A stretch of DNA of 64,000 nucleotides from Phoronis australis (taxonomy: Eukaryota; Animalia; Phoronida), in contig NMRA01000302.1 in assembly GCA_002633005.1 (NCBI GenBank), positions 401,848-465,847 of the forward strand, given 5' to 3'. The notes below the pieces were generated by a model. It had not been told where the DNA came from. It searched no databases and was given only the letters and a program-made list of their open reading frames with translations. The position numbers were made by a program, and so were the translations under genes. Every line of letters begins with the position of its first letter. Positions within the stretch are counted from its first letter, which is position 1. This document shows, piece by piece, positions 25,801 through 36,832 of the stretch.

Positions 25801-27866
25801 TTTTGTTTGACATCAACTTTAAAATTATACAAAATTTCACTTTCATTTTTGCCACATCCACACATAATGTTGTTTATAATGTCCGTTATGAAAAATATTG
25901 TAGTTAAGCCCAGACATTGCCAGAAAACACTATACCTGGGAATAATGTCATCACAATGTTTGTCAGGTGATTTTCCTAAAACTGTTCATATGACTACATA
26001 CATTCGAAATAAGAGTGCCAAGGTCAAGGTCAAGATGGTAGTATTCTGTACTTGAGTAGAGTTTAATAAAGTTCAACAATATTTACCTTGCAGGCATAAA
26101 AAGACATACTCCAAGTACGTTCCCAGAGGGTGGCCTTTTGCGGCCTGGTATAAGAGACAACATGAATAGCTGGAAAATTTTAAAATTGAATATGATCAAG
26201 CAATAGCCATGAATCATTATGCCTAGTGAGTGGAAAATTTTAGCATTATGGCACAAGTCAGTTATAAACAGATTTTCCAGAGATGTTGTAGCTTTTAAAG
26301 TCACGCACAACAAAAATTAGGTTATTGAATTGCTATAACATCAAAATATGTAAATCCGTAATACGGCTAATTAAGGCCCCATGTATTGTTTTTTTTTTCA
26401 TTTCAGGATCATGTCATTGGCATTAGATTCTGGAACTATGGTTTCAGTCATTTTCTTCCAACTTTCCAACTTGGAACTTCTAACCACGTTCGACATTGCA
26501 AACCATTTTTACTGTTTAAAGCATCATAATTAAAAATCTTCAGAAGTGTCATTATCTTTGTTGCAAATACGTGAGACACTTAGTATTCAGATGCATAACA
26601 AAAGTACTTCTTTTGATAGTTCCGTAATTCTTCAGGTATTCACCACTTACGAGGATCGTTTTAATTAGAAAAACATAAAATGGGCCAGTTGACCCACAGG
26701 GCCTCAAAGCTTTGAGTTAATTTTTAAGCGCTATTGATGACAGTATCCAGTATTTTTGTTCCTTTAATACAAATGTGTAATTTCTACCTCAGCGCCCACA
26801 GGGCCAAGTTGAGCGACCACAGTGCAAGCTAATGATGAGGAGAGTGGCCCTAAAATTACTTCCACACATATTATGGTTGAAAGGTATTTTTGAAATACCA
26901 TAGAACAAAAAAAGCATGAAATTGTGGATCAGATCATTGTCTCAATGGCTAATATTAGTGAACAGTTGTCATAGTACATCATTGTTGGGAATATCGCAAA
27001 AATTTGTAGAAGGGTCTCCTTGGCAAAGTGGCAATTTTGGCATTTATTTTTGTTGAAAATTAACTGAGGAATGAGAAAACTTGTTGACAGTACCAGTTAA
27101 ACTAATATAAAATTATAATTCCCCCACCTTCTATTTCTAAACATGAACTGATGACAGCAATTTTGACTAGTTCTGTATTTTCTTAAGTCGCAAAATTCAT
27201 GAATAAATAGAAAGAAGTGATGATGCATCCAAAATGACCCCCAAGGGGCTTCTTGTGTCTGGGCTTTAAGTTTCAGTCTCAGAAATGTAGGCCTACTGCT
27301 TACCATTGTGTCGAGTTAGGTGTGGGCCTAAAAAGCACTTTCAGCTTGATAACTTGAGGTATTTTAAGAAGAAAAAAAGTCCTACGAGTCATTTACAATT
27401 ACGCAAAGATCAACAACTGAACAATCGGTTGTGTACATTTTTAAATGTACTCACTTAACGTCCCTGTTTGCAACTTAAAAGTTGCAAACAGGGACGTTAA
27501 GTGAGTTGTACCACAGGTGTCCCCAGCTTCTGATCGTCCGCCAATACATTATATAATACTACAAGGTAGTATTACATAGTGTGTTGGGGATGATCAGAAG
27601 CTGAGGACACCTATGAGTTGTACCATGATAGACTATGCATCTGTGCGGAAGCTGAGTGAAAAACGCAACGGCTCGATTGACTCGCCCGACCGGCGACTGG
27701 TACAAACTTACGCGTAAAACTCTAGTAACACACTAGAAAAACTCAAACTCTTTGCACTCGAAGTCATCAATATGTTGTACATCTGAGGACACTTTAACAC
27801 TAAGCAAACAACGATAACATAACTGTTGAGAACGTTCACAACATCTTGTTCTGAAACTGAACCCAT
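22843..27866 (-). CDS. SLC66A3: PQ-loop repeat membrane protein SLC66A3/PQLC3-like, paralog 2 (211 aa). Exons: 27866-27712, 26169-26087, 25408-25336, 24396-24330, 23416-23296, 22979-22843
   Basis: Same exon sizes and phases as paralog 1, with an open frame throughout. Motifs LKCPQMYNIL, GTYLEYVFLCLQDVILL and DSGQVSPVTW. Confidence 0.88.
23743..24209. mobile_element. Non-autonomous DNA element (Kolobok-like, tentative) in intron 4 of paralog 2
   Basis: TIRs TGGTTATGTAGGAC / GTCCTTCATAACCA. The segment is absent from the homologous intron of paralog 1. The superfamily is a guess. Confidence 0.6.
24397..25335 (-). other. U12-type (minor spliceosome) GT-AG intron 3 of SLC66A3 paralog 2
   Basis: 5' splice site GTATCCTTT (25335-25327). 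Branch site TCCTTAAC (24414-24407) ends 10 nt before the exon; phase 2. Confidence 0.93.
24769..24891. repeat. 24-bp minisatellite, 5 copies, inside the U12 intron of paralog 2
   Basis: Unit GACCCCAAAACATCATGGTCTATT. Confidence 0.95.
27449..27506. repeat. Perfect 28-bp inverted repeat with a 2-nt spacer
   Basis: ACTCACTTAACGTCCCTGTTTGCAACTT-AA-AAGTTGCAAACAGGGACGTTAAGTGAGT. Confidence 0.95.
27512..27615. mobile_element. 104-bp fold-back MITE with an 8-bp TSD (hAT-like)
   Basis: About 50-bp imperfect inverted arms (CACAGGTGTCCCCAGCTTCTGATC... / ...GATCAGAAGCTGAGGACACCTATG), flanked by the perfect direct repeat AGTTGTAC (27504-27511, 27616-27623). Confidence 0.8.
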
Positions 27867-28137
27867 CTTCACAGATCTTAGCAGCTAACCTTTGACCCGG
27901 AAGATTTTGTTTACAGCGAACCTAGTGGCGCACATTGACGTTTCAAAACAGCCGCCGTTCGGTCAGTGCGTAAATATCTTTAGGCCGCGCGCGAGTCCAT
28001 ATGTCTGCCATTTTAATAAATGCGTCCGTACTTGAATTAAAGCCGTTTTTTTGGTGCCTCATTTTGCCTAATGGGTTTTGCATACATTTATTTACAAGTG
28101 ATTTTTTTTCGTCCCAAAAAAACTAATTGGCTTATAA

Positions 28138-28539
28138 CAGTGGCGGATCTAGGATATCACAAGGGGGGACCCAACATTTTGTCCAGCTGTAAGCATTTGC
28201 GCAAACTGAACCACGATTGTAGATGCGCATAGCACCGAATGGGGGGAGGTCGGGAGGAAATTTTTCTGTTTTTACCTCTAAAAATCAAGCATTTTCCTTG
28301 ATTCCTGAAGTATTATCTAAGAAAAAAAGGCAAAATAAAAACACGAAGAATGTGTCAAACGGGAAAAACTGAAAAGTACCAAAGACTCGAACTCACGACC
28401 TGGCGGAAAGAGCGCGCGTGCGTTACCACTACACCACCACGATCTAACTACTACTCAGTTGCTAAAAGACCTACTTGTTTATGGTCCACAGCGTTTGCGA
28501 GCGAAACCTACTTCTTTTGTAATGNTAAATCCGCCTATG
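28138..28539. mobile_element. CAGTGGCGGAT-type MITE upstream of paralog 2, containing a tRNA-derived segment (28379-28437, minus strand)
   Basis: Ends CAGTGGCGGATCTA / TAAATCCGCCTATG with flanks TATAA / TATGA. Absent from the homologous region upstream of paralog 1. Internal A-box TGGTGTAGTGG and B-box GTTCGAGTC; contains an 'n' at 28525. Confidence 0.65.
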
Positions 28540-29188
28540 TATGAATCCAACTGTCAGCCAACTAGACTACTTAAATGCCTGTACATTTACATGTATACGC
28601 AATGAGTTGTATTGATTTATCTTGTTTTTGGTGTGTGTCCCACAAAGGCGAGAATCTCATTATCTTCTGCAACGGGTTTCTCTGTTTTCACCCGCCTTCT
28701 ATGAAACCTTTTCTTTGCCTTTATATTGGGTCTGTTGTTGTTTTTTGTCCGGGGTACCTCAAGCATATCGGCCAAAAATGCAGGCTTCAGCAAATAGGAA
28801 ACAATAGCCTCCAGCCTACTGAATTATCACTCAACACAGTGAGAAAATAAGTAATGCATTTCTCTAAGCGCTTCAGAAAATTTGTTTTAATTTTCTAAGA
28901 ACATGCCTGTAATCAAACATCTTCTTCAATGGCCAGACTGGCTGACAAAAAAACAGTTTACTTACCACCAGGCATGTAAACGGATACTTATTTCTAAGGC
29001 CAATTCCAAGAAGGAACGTTTACACACAATAAGCACCTGGCATTGTGCTCTGGGAGCTTTACAAATTGGCGTTGTGAGTACAAGTTGACATGGAAGCTTT
29101 GTTTTGATGCCCCCCCCCCTCACCGTGCATTCGTAGGTGTACTTTTAAATCTAAAAATTCCCTGTGTTTAAAGCTCCACATTTTTGCA

Positions 29189-29821
29189 GTATGCCATTAA
29201 CGCTGGTGACAAAAGAATTTGTGAAATTTGTAGTTCATGTAGTTAATGATAAAAAACAGTGTCTTGGGCTTTTCACTTAGGTATAGGAATGTTTAAACTA
29301 GGGGGGTCACATCAGACAAAAGAATACAGTGAATAGGTCACAATTATCAGCAAAAACAAGCCTTTTTAAATAAAAAAATAATAGTAACTCGGCGCGTTTC
29401 ACGAACCTTGCTGGAAAACAATTACCAAGGTAATATAACACCACAGGCGCTCGAATTTGCCGATGACTCATAACCATATATTTTAACATATACATTTAAG
29501 AAACNGTATGCCATTAACGCTGGTGACAAAAGAATTTGTGAAATTTGTAGTTCATGTAGTTAATGATAAAAAACAGTGTCTTGGGCTTTTCACTTACGTA
29601 TAGGAATGTTTAAACTAGGAGGGTCACATCAGACAAAAGAATACAGTGAATAGGTCACAATTATCAGCAAAAACAAGCCTTTTTAAATAAAAAAATAATA
29701 GTAACTCGGCGCGTTTCACGAACCTTGCTGGAAAACAATTACCAAGGTAATATAACACCACAGGCGCTCGAATTTGCCGATGACTCATAACCATATATTT
29801 TAACATATACATTTAAGAAAC
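29189..29821. repeat. 316-bp near-identical tandem duplication joined by a single n (probable assembly overlap)
   Basis: 29189-29504 matches 29506-29821 apart from about 2 substitutions; n at 29505. Confidence 0.9.
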
Positions 29822-30799
29822 ATCGTGACTGATGTCAGTGGTGGTCGAGGAGCAGACAAACTCAAGCGTCCGTGTATAACACGGCCTGAAATAGGGGGCT
29901 ATGCTCTGGACTAAAACTCTAATTGTTTGGTTTCTAAAATTTAATTCCTCGTGTAAAAGTATTCAGTGTCGTTTTATCAGAAAAAAATACAATAAAATTA
30001 GGCAAAATAAATGCATTAGGTTCCATTTCTCTGGTACCCATTTTTAGTAACTCTTTGAACCGTGATTCTGAAAAATAAAGATGAAGGTTAATATTTGGAT
30101 TAAGTCTCTATTTGGAAGCCGCTGTCGTCATAACTAAATTCTTTTACGAACGTTAGGGAGTGCTCATCAGATTATGAAGCAATATTTAAAATTTTCACCT
30201 CATATAATAGTAAATTCATTGTATCTGAATCACTGTGCAATCCACACAAGATGCTTGATGTTTCATTATTTTTTATAATTTTCTCTGTATTTTAGTCAAA
30301 TTTGTAACTTGCTTCAAGGCCACATAATATTCATTTTTAGTCTCAGTAAAGCCCCTTAAGGAGATGCACGTCAAGGGATATTTAGAACCCTGGCATAGTC
30401 TAGTTTGGCATTTTTGGTGAAGGCAAGTTCGACCCGTGCCTGAGCTTATAATTATGTACAATTTTGCATAAGAAACTTTTTATTGGCGACAGTGTTTGGT
30501 CTTTTGGAAACTTCGATTATACTGCCGTGTTCATTTTCTCATGGTGGAATTCTTAAATGTCCCAATTGTCTTCCTTTATATGTTTAGTCCGAGATATGTT
30601 AGCGCATGCCGGTGATTCAACATTTTGGTTTCAGATATTAGCAACGTCACCTTACAGTCTGATTTGGTCAGTGTTGGTCGGCAGGTGTCGCGGCAATAAA
30701 ACTATTGTGAGTACAAGTAAAACTATACGCGTGTGTCGCCTCTAAACAAAAACATCACAGACACGATTTAAAACTAGATTTAAAATTTGAGAAAATTTC

Positions 30800-31410
30800 T
30801 TTGGAACGTGCAAATTTTGAGAAATTCTTGGGTGTTAAGATTGACACTACATTATCACGGAATGGCAATGTTTCTGAGCTGGGCTCGATAGAGTCTTGGA
30901 CTTTCAGTGAAGATGTGTTAGCTCCTACCTTCTACGAGAGAACAAATTCAGGTATTTTAGTTGCTGTGTGTTACCCCTACTTTTGTATTGTTCTACTGTA
31001 TGGTCTGATTGCCGTACCAATTTTATAAATAAGCTTAAAACCATGCAAAAATAGGCTTCTGCAGAATCATTCTGGGTGTCCCCTGTTACACTCCTTTCAG
31101 TCAGGTGTTCACTGAATTAAACTGGATAATCGTTGATAAATTTTATGAATTTAAACGGTTGTGTATGGTTTTTGGTTGTTACTGCGGTGATGCACTGGAA
31201 TACCTGACCAGAAATATTGTGCCAGTTTGCTCCACACATGAATTGAGCAAATACTCGTTTTGCCTCACAATATAACCTTCTGGTACTTAGACTCGTGACT
31301 GATTTTCCTGCAAGGCATTTTTTTGTTTTGGCCATTAGCGCGTGGAATGATCTCACTGATCACGCTAAACACGTAACTATGTTTAACCATTTTAAGAAAA
31401 GCTTGTACAG
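30800..31410 (+). mobile_element. Decayed 3' fragment of a CR1/L2-type non-LTR retrotransposon ORF2
   Basis: Frameshifted remnants EKFLGVKIDTTLS, LFTELNW and HFFVLAISAWNDL...FNHFKKSL, typical of the C-terminal end of CR1/L2-clade reverse transcriptase proteins. Confidence 0.65.
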
Positions 31411-32433
31411 CAACCTGCGAGCGAACGTCGTATGGAGGTCGCAAGGTATTGCGATATTCATGACACCCGTCGCATTGTTTTCGCATTTGGGACACTATAC
31501 AATTGTTTTCCTTTGTTGCGTCTTTGTTGGAAACAACAAAATAGGTCGCACGGATATCGTACCTTGGGCGCACCTTACTACCGATAAATGCTTGCATTAT
31601 CTTTTTTACAACAAAGAAAAACAAGTGAACAATGGATACGCGATCTCTGTGCGACCACATTTTGACCTAGTTTCCCATGGGTAATTATCTCGCGGCAACA
31701 CAACAATTATTTGTGCATTGCTTTCTTCTATTTATTTGGAAAGATTATACTTAATTATACATAATTTTTTAAACTTATTAGTTTCATTCTCATGCAAAAT
31801 TTCCTGCTCTGCCATTATCAAATTAATCGTAATTTGTTACCATTGTATCTTCATGTCCCTTTCATTGTTTATACCATTATTCATTACCACGTTTGTTTAT
31901 GTATTTTTGTGAGAACCATCTGGAAGATGAGATTTATTCGCTTAATAAATATTGCTTAAAAAGGCTACGGGAAATCACGCAAAACACACGCATGCTCTAT
32001 GAACCTGTAACGATGACAAAACTAGTCATGATAACACAGCCGCGGTGTTTGTGTAAGTATAAAACGTCAGACGACAAATAGTCAACTCTTTTCAAAAACC
32101 CTTTGTGTTTATGATTCCTTAGCTGGTGTATCTCATTGCCTAACTTGCCCTGGATTAGGAGGATCAATCGACTCTTGGATGGTTTGGCGAATCGTGAATT
32201 ACTATAAGAAGGATAAAGGTACTATACTCTTAAATTTGAGTTATAGACAGACCCATTTACAAGTACGAGCCCCTCGAAAAATTGTATTAAACTACTTAGT
32301 TGGGTCGTTACACTTTCTACTCAAAAAGATATTGACTGTCTTAAGCAGAAACAACGTTAAGCCATCCAACTGCTGCTCCGTTCTCTCATGGACACGTTAT
32401 CACTGACCAAAAGGCGCAAACCCTTAGTAAGTC

Positions 32434-32586
32434 CAGTGGCGGATTTAGAGGGGGGTCATCCCCCCCCTAAACTTCTCCCAGATTCTATTTGGCAGTTCGC
32501 GGTTGCGAATGTCTGACGGGCAAAATCCTGGCTAATACTCTGCCCTGCCCCCCCCCCCTCAACTCAAAATCCTCGATCCGCCCCTG
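32434..32586. mobile_element. CAGTGGCGGAT-type MITE with a 5-bp TSD
   Basis: CAGTGGCGGAT...ATCCGCCCCTG flanked by AAGTC on both sides. Confidence 0.75.
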
Positions 32587-34321
32587 AAGTCTGTCGCCTC
32601 ACGAAGTTTAGGTATCGCTGACCATACGTCATCAAGACTAGACGAACGGAATAGCTTGGAAAAGCCAGCATGGCAATTTTTTTCAAACGTTTTCAACAAA
32701 CTCTTGCAAACAGTCTTTTTCCAGGACCCTAACCTAAAGACTAATCTCTCCAATCGCAATCAGATAAGAGCTCATTCAGCAGTTTTTTAAAACCAAGACT
32801 GCAGCTTTCAGTACGTGTCGGAAGGTTATCAGCACACATTCTTTATTTTATGGCGTGATGGTATCCAGCTTTGTCCATCTAGGCAAGTGGTGAATCGTCT
32901 CTTATTCACTGATCGTTTAGACAGAACGTCAACACAGAACACGCCATTAGTCTTCGTTGAGTGTTCCGATATCCCAATACAAATGACGTCCTTCTCCGTG
33001 ACTTTCTAGGCGTTGATGTGTCCCGGACGACTTCGTGAATAGCAGCATAATACCAGAACAAAACACGGCATTATGGCTACTATTCCCGAAATAAAACCAA
33101 GACAAGTTTGACTCTTACTTGGCCCGGTCGCCGGTGAAATGGCATGCGTTAGTCGTGCGCTTCAATCGCCCAAATGGTCAGTGCCGCAAGAGCTAACAGT
33201 CTGTAAACGAGTGCATCTAAAATAAACAAAATCCCAATAGCATTGAAGATAGCATAACAGCATCATATTTTTAGCAAAGCCGTAATCCTTTTGTTTGCAG
33301 TTCCTGACAAGCTTAATTCCATTCTTTCATCGACGCTAGCATTTTAGTAGAATTTCATTAGATACGATTCGTTAGTTAAAATCACGCAATTTGCTCACTT
33401 GATTTATCCATGTGATCCTCGCTGACCTCAGTGACAAAATGACATAGTATCTTGCAATCCATGTTGCAGTTTTGTACAAAAACAATTTCCGCAATTTCAA
33501 CCTACGATTTACAATAAACTAAAAATACGAAATAAACGTGGCTTTAAGTGGAGGATGGGCCACGCTATCTCAATTACATATTTAGACGACCTACATACGC
33601 AGGTCTGCTGGCATTATTTTTGTTCCATATAAGTCCTATTGGAAAATATACGAGTCTGATTTCCTTTTATTGGGTAGTCAAGTGTTGGGTTGCAAAAGTG
33701 AGCTATTGATTCTGAGCACCGGCCGTGTGCAGGTGATGGGTTTGCAAATATCATCATATTCAATGTGCCATTAAGGTTTCTATACACTTGTTCTAATAAC
33801 AATGCATGCGCACAATATAGGAGGCTGTGGCTGACAAGCCATGGACTCCAATCTATGCAAACTGTTTGATGATGTTTTTGGGGTTTAGAAAAGAAAAAGC
33901 AACGTATCCAATTCTCAATTTTCTACGATTGTCTGTGTCAGAAATAATGGTACACGTTAAAGCAAATCATCTGATGCTAGAACTTTTTTAGAGAACTTAC
34001 GAAAAGCGAGGGAATTTAGTCTTATATTCGTTTCACTGCCCAAGCTTGCCGAACATGGACTGCAGCTCTCTGTTCCTACAGTCACAGGAGTCTACCTGGT
34101 ACCATATGCTTTAATTTTCATTGTCTGAAAATAACAGGTGAAGACTCGGGAAAAGCATTTGTGCGTAAGACTATCGACTTTCGTCACACAATAAGTTACG
34201 AAAACAGAATTCTATAGGTAATTGCCTACACAATTTTTAAAGGCAATAATCACACGTGGTTGAAGCATTAGAAAAAAATACTGGCGTCTCACCATCGGCA
34301 CAAAAACGATACTCTAAAAAG

Positions 34322-34427
34322 CAGGAGCAGATTCAAGATTTTTAGTTAGGGGGGGGCAGGGCAGAGTATTAGCCAGGATTTTGACCTCAGACATTCGCCC
34401 CTTGGCCCCTCTCTAAATCCGCCACTG
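34322..34427. mobile_element. Inverted, internally deleted copy of the 32434-32586 MITE
   Basis: Shares CAAAATCCTGGCTAATACTCTGCCCTGCCCCCC and the CAGTGGCGGATTTAGAG terminus in reverse orientation. No clean TSD. Confidence 0.7.
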
Positions 34428-36688
34428 AGAGCCCGCGTTAGGGACTGCACTGCACAAAACGAAAGACAATAAGCTCTTTTTGTGTCTAATAGTTATCTTT
34501 TAATACAAAGGCCTTACCTGGATTCCACTGAGGATGTTAATTGGAACCAAGTGACGCCCTCACACAGCTAATAATTTGACAAACCTTCACATGGACTCCG
34601 CGCAACTGAATCCCGGCCGCAGTAATATATTGTTGGATATGAAACGTGCACTATGGATCTTTCTGCGAGACCGCGATGTAGGTCATCTGTCTTTGTGCGC
34701 CTATAGGCTATACAGTGTTGACATTACTTAATCACTGATAAAACATTTGGAGAGGGATTATGAAACTCTTCCTTCAACACTAACAAAGAGCGTGCTGTGA
34801 AAAGCACAGTGATATGCCTCGACTGTACTACCACCTGTGTGGCGTCCCCGGTGTTCGGGCGATGCTACCCGGTAAGGTTACATTGATGGTCGCAAAAGAA
34901 ATAAGTAGGTTATGAGAGCAATGGAATTGCGCGTCAGTTAAAGAGAAATTTCACCGGGGAATCAAAATAAAGGAACCATAAATGAAATCCAGCAAGAAAA
35001 GTATAGATGGGACTGAGCCGATATTTTGAGGCGAGAACATCATACTATTCAATATATTGACACTCTTATCAGAAAAATAACAAAAGTTGTTAACACAAGT
35101 TGCGCAAGCAGTATGTTGATTACAACTTCTTAGATGGCTTCTTGCTAGATCTGTATTAAATTTCTTCATTTTGGTAAGTTACTCTTTTTTATTCAACTGG
35201 CTAATACGACAAACGTTCTAACAGCGTGAAGCCATCATCGGGTCAGTGACATGTACTCTGTTGTCTGAGAATATAAATAAATCTACTATCCCTTATGTTT
35301 CCAGATAAATCATACCAATATGTTAGCTTTCAGTTCAGTAACGCAAAATGACAGATGTTTTACAGTCGTCAGATGTCATTTAGAAGCTATAAACATAGAA
35401 CGTGGGTAAATATAAAGCCGCTCGTGCTAGCGGCCTAAAACTGCCTACACCGACCAATAGAGAGCGCTGCTTGGTCTGGCACACTTCACTTAATTTTCTG
35501 CCACGTTCAATAGGTGAAAAGGCAATTGTTTGCCAAATTAAGTATCTGTTTAAGAGCAGCGTAGTGTGAATTAATAGGTGCATACCTCTATCGCCGCGAA
35601 TAAAAACACGATTGAATGCCGGCAACATCACTTATATGCGTTTGAGAACAGCCGGCGCAATGCGACTGCATGAATCACAAACATGAACACTGGGCGATCG
35701 CTAAACTATTGATAGCGATGCACAAAAAGAAAAATGAAATGGAGCAAAACCATGATAATCATGTGTTCTGTGATTAAATTTTAAATCAATACCAATAAAC
35801 ATTTGAATGAAAAATCCAAAACTGAAAAAGATCGAATGCTTTGACATAATACTTCACTTAACTTTCCGGTTGCGTTAAGTACATATAGTCGCAAAGGTAA
35901 ATGTTAACTCAAGTAGTCATCAGCACAACCAGGCTTTACGTACCATTCAAGAATCCATGCATTCATATCATGCAGTCTCCAAAACTCGTTGGCCCATCTA
36001 TTCACCTCCAACGCCAGGATCATAAATGCTGTCACCCCGCCTTGCAATTCCGTTAACTATAAGCCTTCTCTTGATATAATACGCTAACAGATGGTTTCGA
36101 CGCTTTAGATAAGGCGGTTGACAAGCAACGGTTCTTATCGCAATGCCTAGCATTTTGACATTGAAGAAGGAAGACAAACACAATGCTTAACTCACAAAGG
36201 TACCAGGCACATACGTGATACGAAACAAATCCGGAGAATGTCACGAACGCGAAGCAGTGGACATTTTTTCGCTACCAAAACCCCTCGGTACTAATAAATG
36301 ACTTTTATATGACGTCGTGATAAACATGTTGTGTGGTAAGAACTTTTATGCGAATCACGAAGAAAGCATTAAGTCTAGTATGACCTGGACAAAATTTATG
36401 ATCTACCTCATTTTATGCGTTTTAGAGTCACTTTAGCCGTACTTTTGAAAATCACGTGACTTTCTGTCCTTCCAAATGTCCTCTTATTTAATTGTCGTCA
36501 TCATACATTCTGAGTTATGCAAACATATGAATATTCCAATACTGGTGGTAAAAATTGCAATTGATCAAATTATGTCAGATCAAATTCATGCATAATTGGG
36601 CATGTTTAAAGATTATTCATGTAAACAACGCTGTTAACAGAAAAGGGAGCCTTGACAAACATACAAAAACTCTTTAAATATAACCGTG

Positions 36689-36832
36689 CAGGTGCGGATC
36701 CAGGATTTTTAAAAGGGGGGTCGGATCAAAGATTTTAAAAGGGGGTTCCAGGAAATTTCTAGACTTGACATCGCTAAAATCAAGGGAAAGGGGGGTCCGT
36801 ATCCCCTTGACCCACCCCCGGATCCGTCTATG
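36689..36832. mobile_element. Related MITE (CAGGTGCGGATCC...GGATCCGTCTATG)
   Basis: Imperfect 13-bp TIRs, G/C-run interior, flanks CCGTG / CCATG (5 bp, one mismatch). Confidence 0.65.

Larger units (their letters stand above)
9690..29005. repeat. Older tandem segmental duplication containing the two SLC66A3 paralogs (unit 1 about 9690-21160, unit 2 about 21690-29005)
   Basis: Colinear homology of 3' flanks (AAGGAATAACAATTGAAAGTTGCA at about 9835 and 21818), introns, and 5' flanks (GGGGTACCTCAAGCAT at about 19429 and 28751). There are many substitutions and copy-specific insertions. Boundaries are approximate. Confidence 0.85.

Noticed and set aside
28379-28437. tRNA gene
   Set aside because: It has A/B boxes but no complete cloverleaf or acceptor stem and sits inside a MITE, so I treat it as a SINE-derived fragment.
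29189-29821. Exact-looking tandem duplication giving two identical 62-aa ORFs
   Set aside because: The copies abut a single n and differ by about 2 bases, the signature of a scaffolding overlap. The ORF has no recognisable protein features.
32434-34427. A 2-kb composite transposon bounded by the two inverted MITE copies
   Set aside because: The outer flanks share no TSD, and the left MITE has its own TSD, indicating independent insertions.
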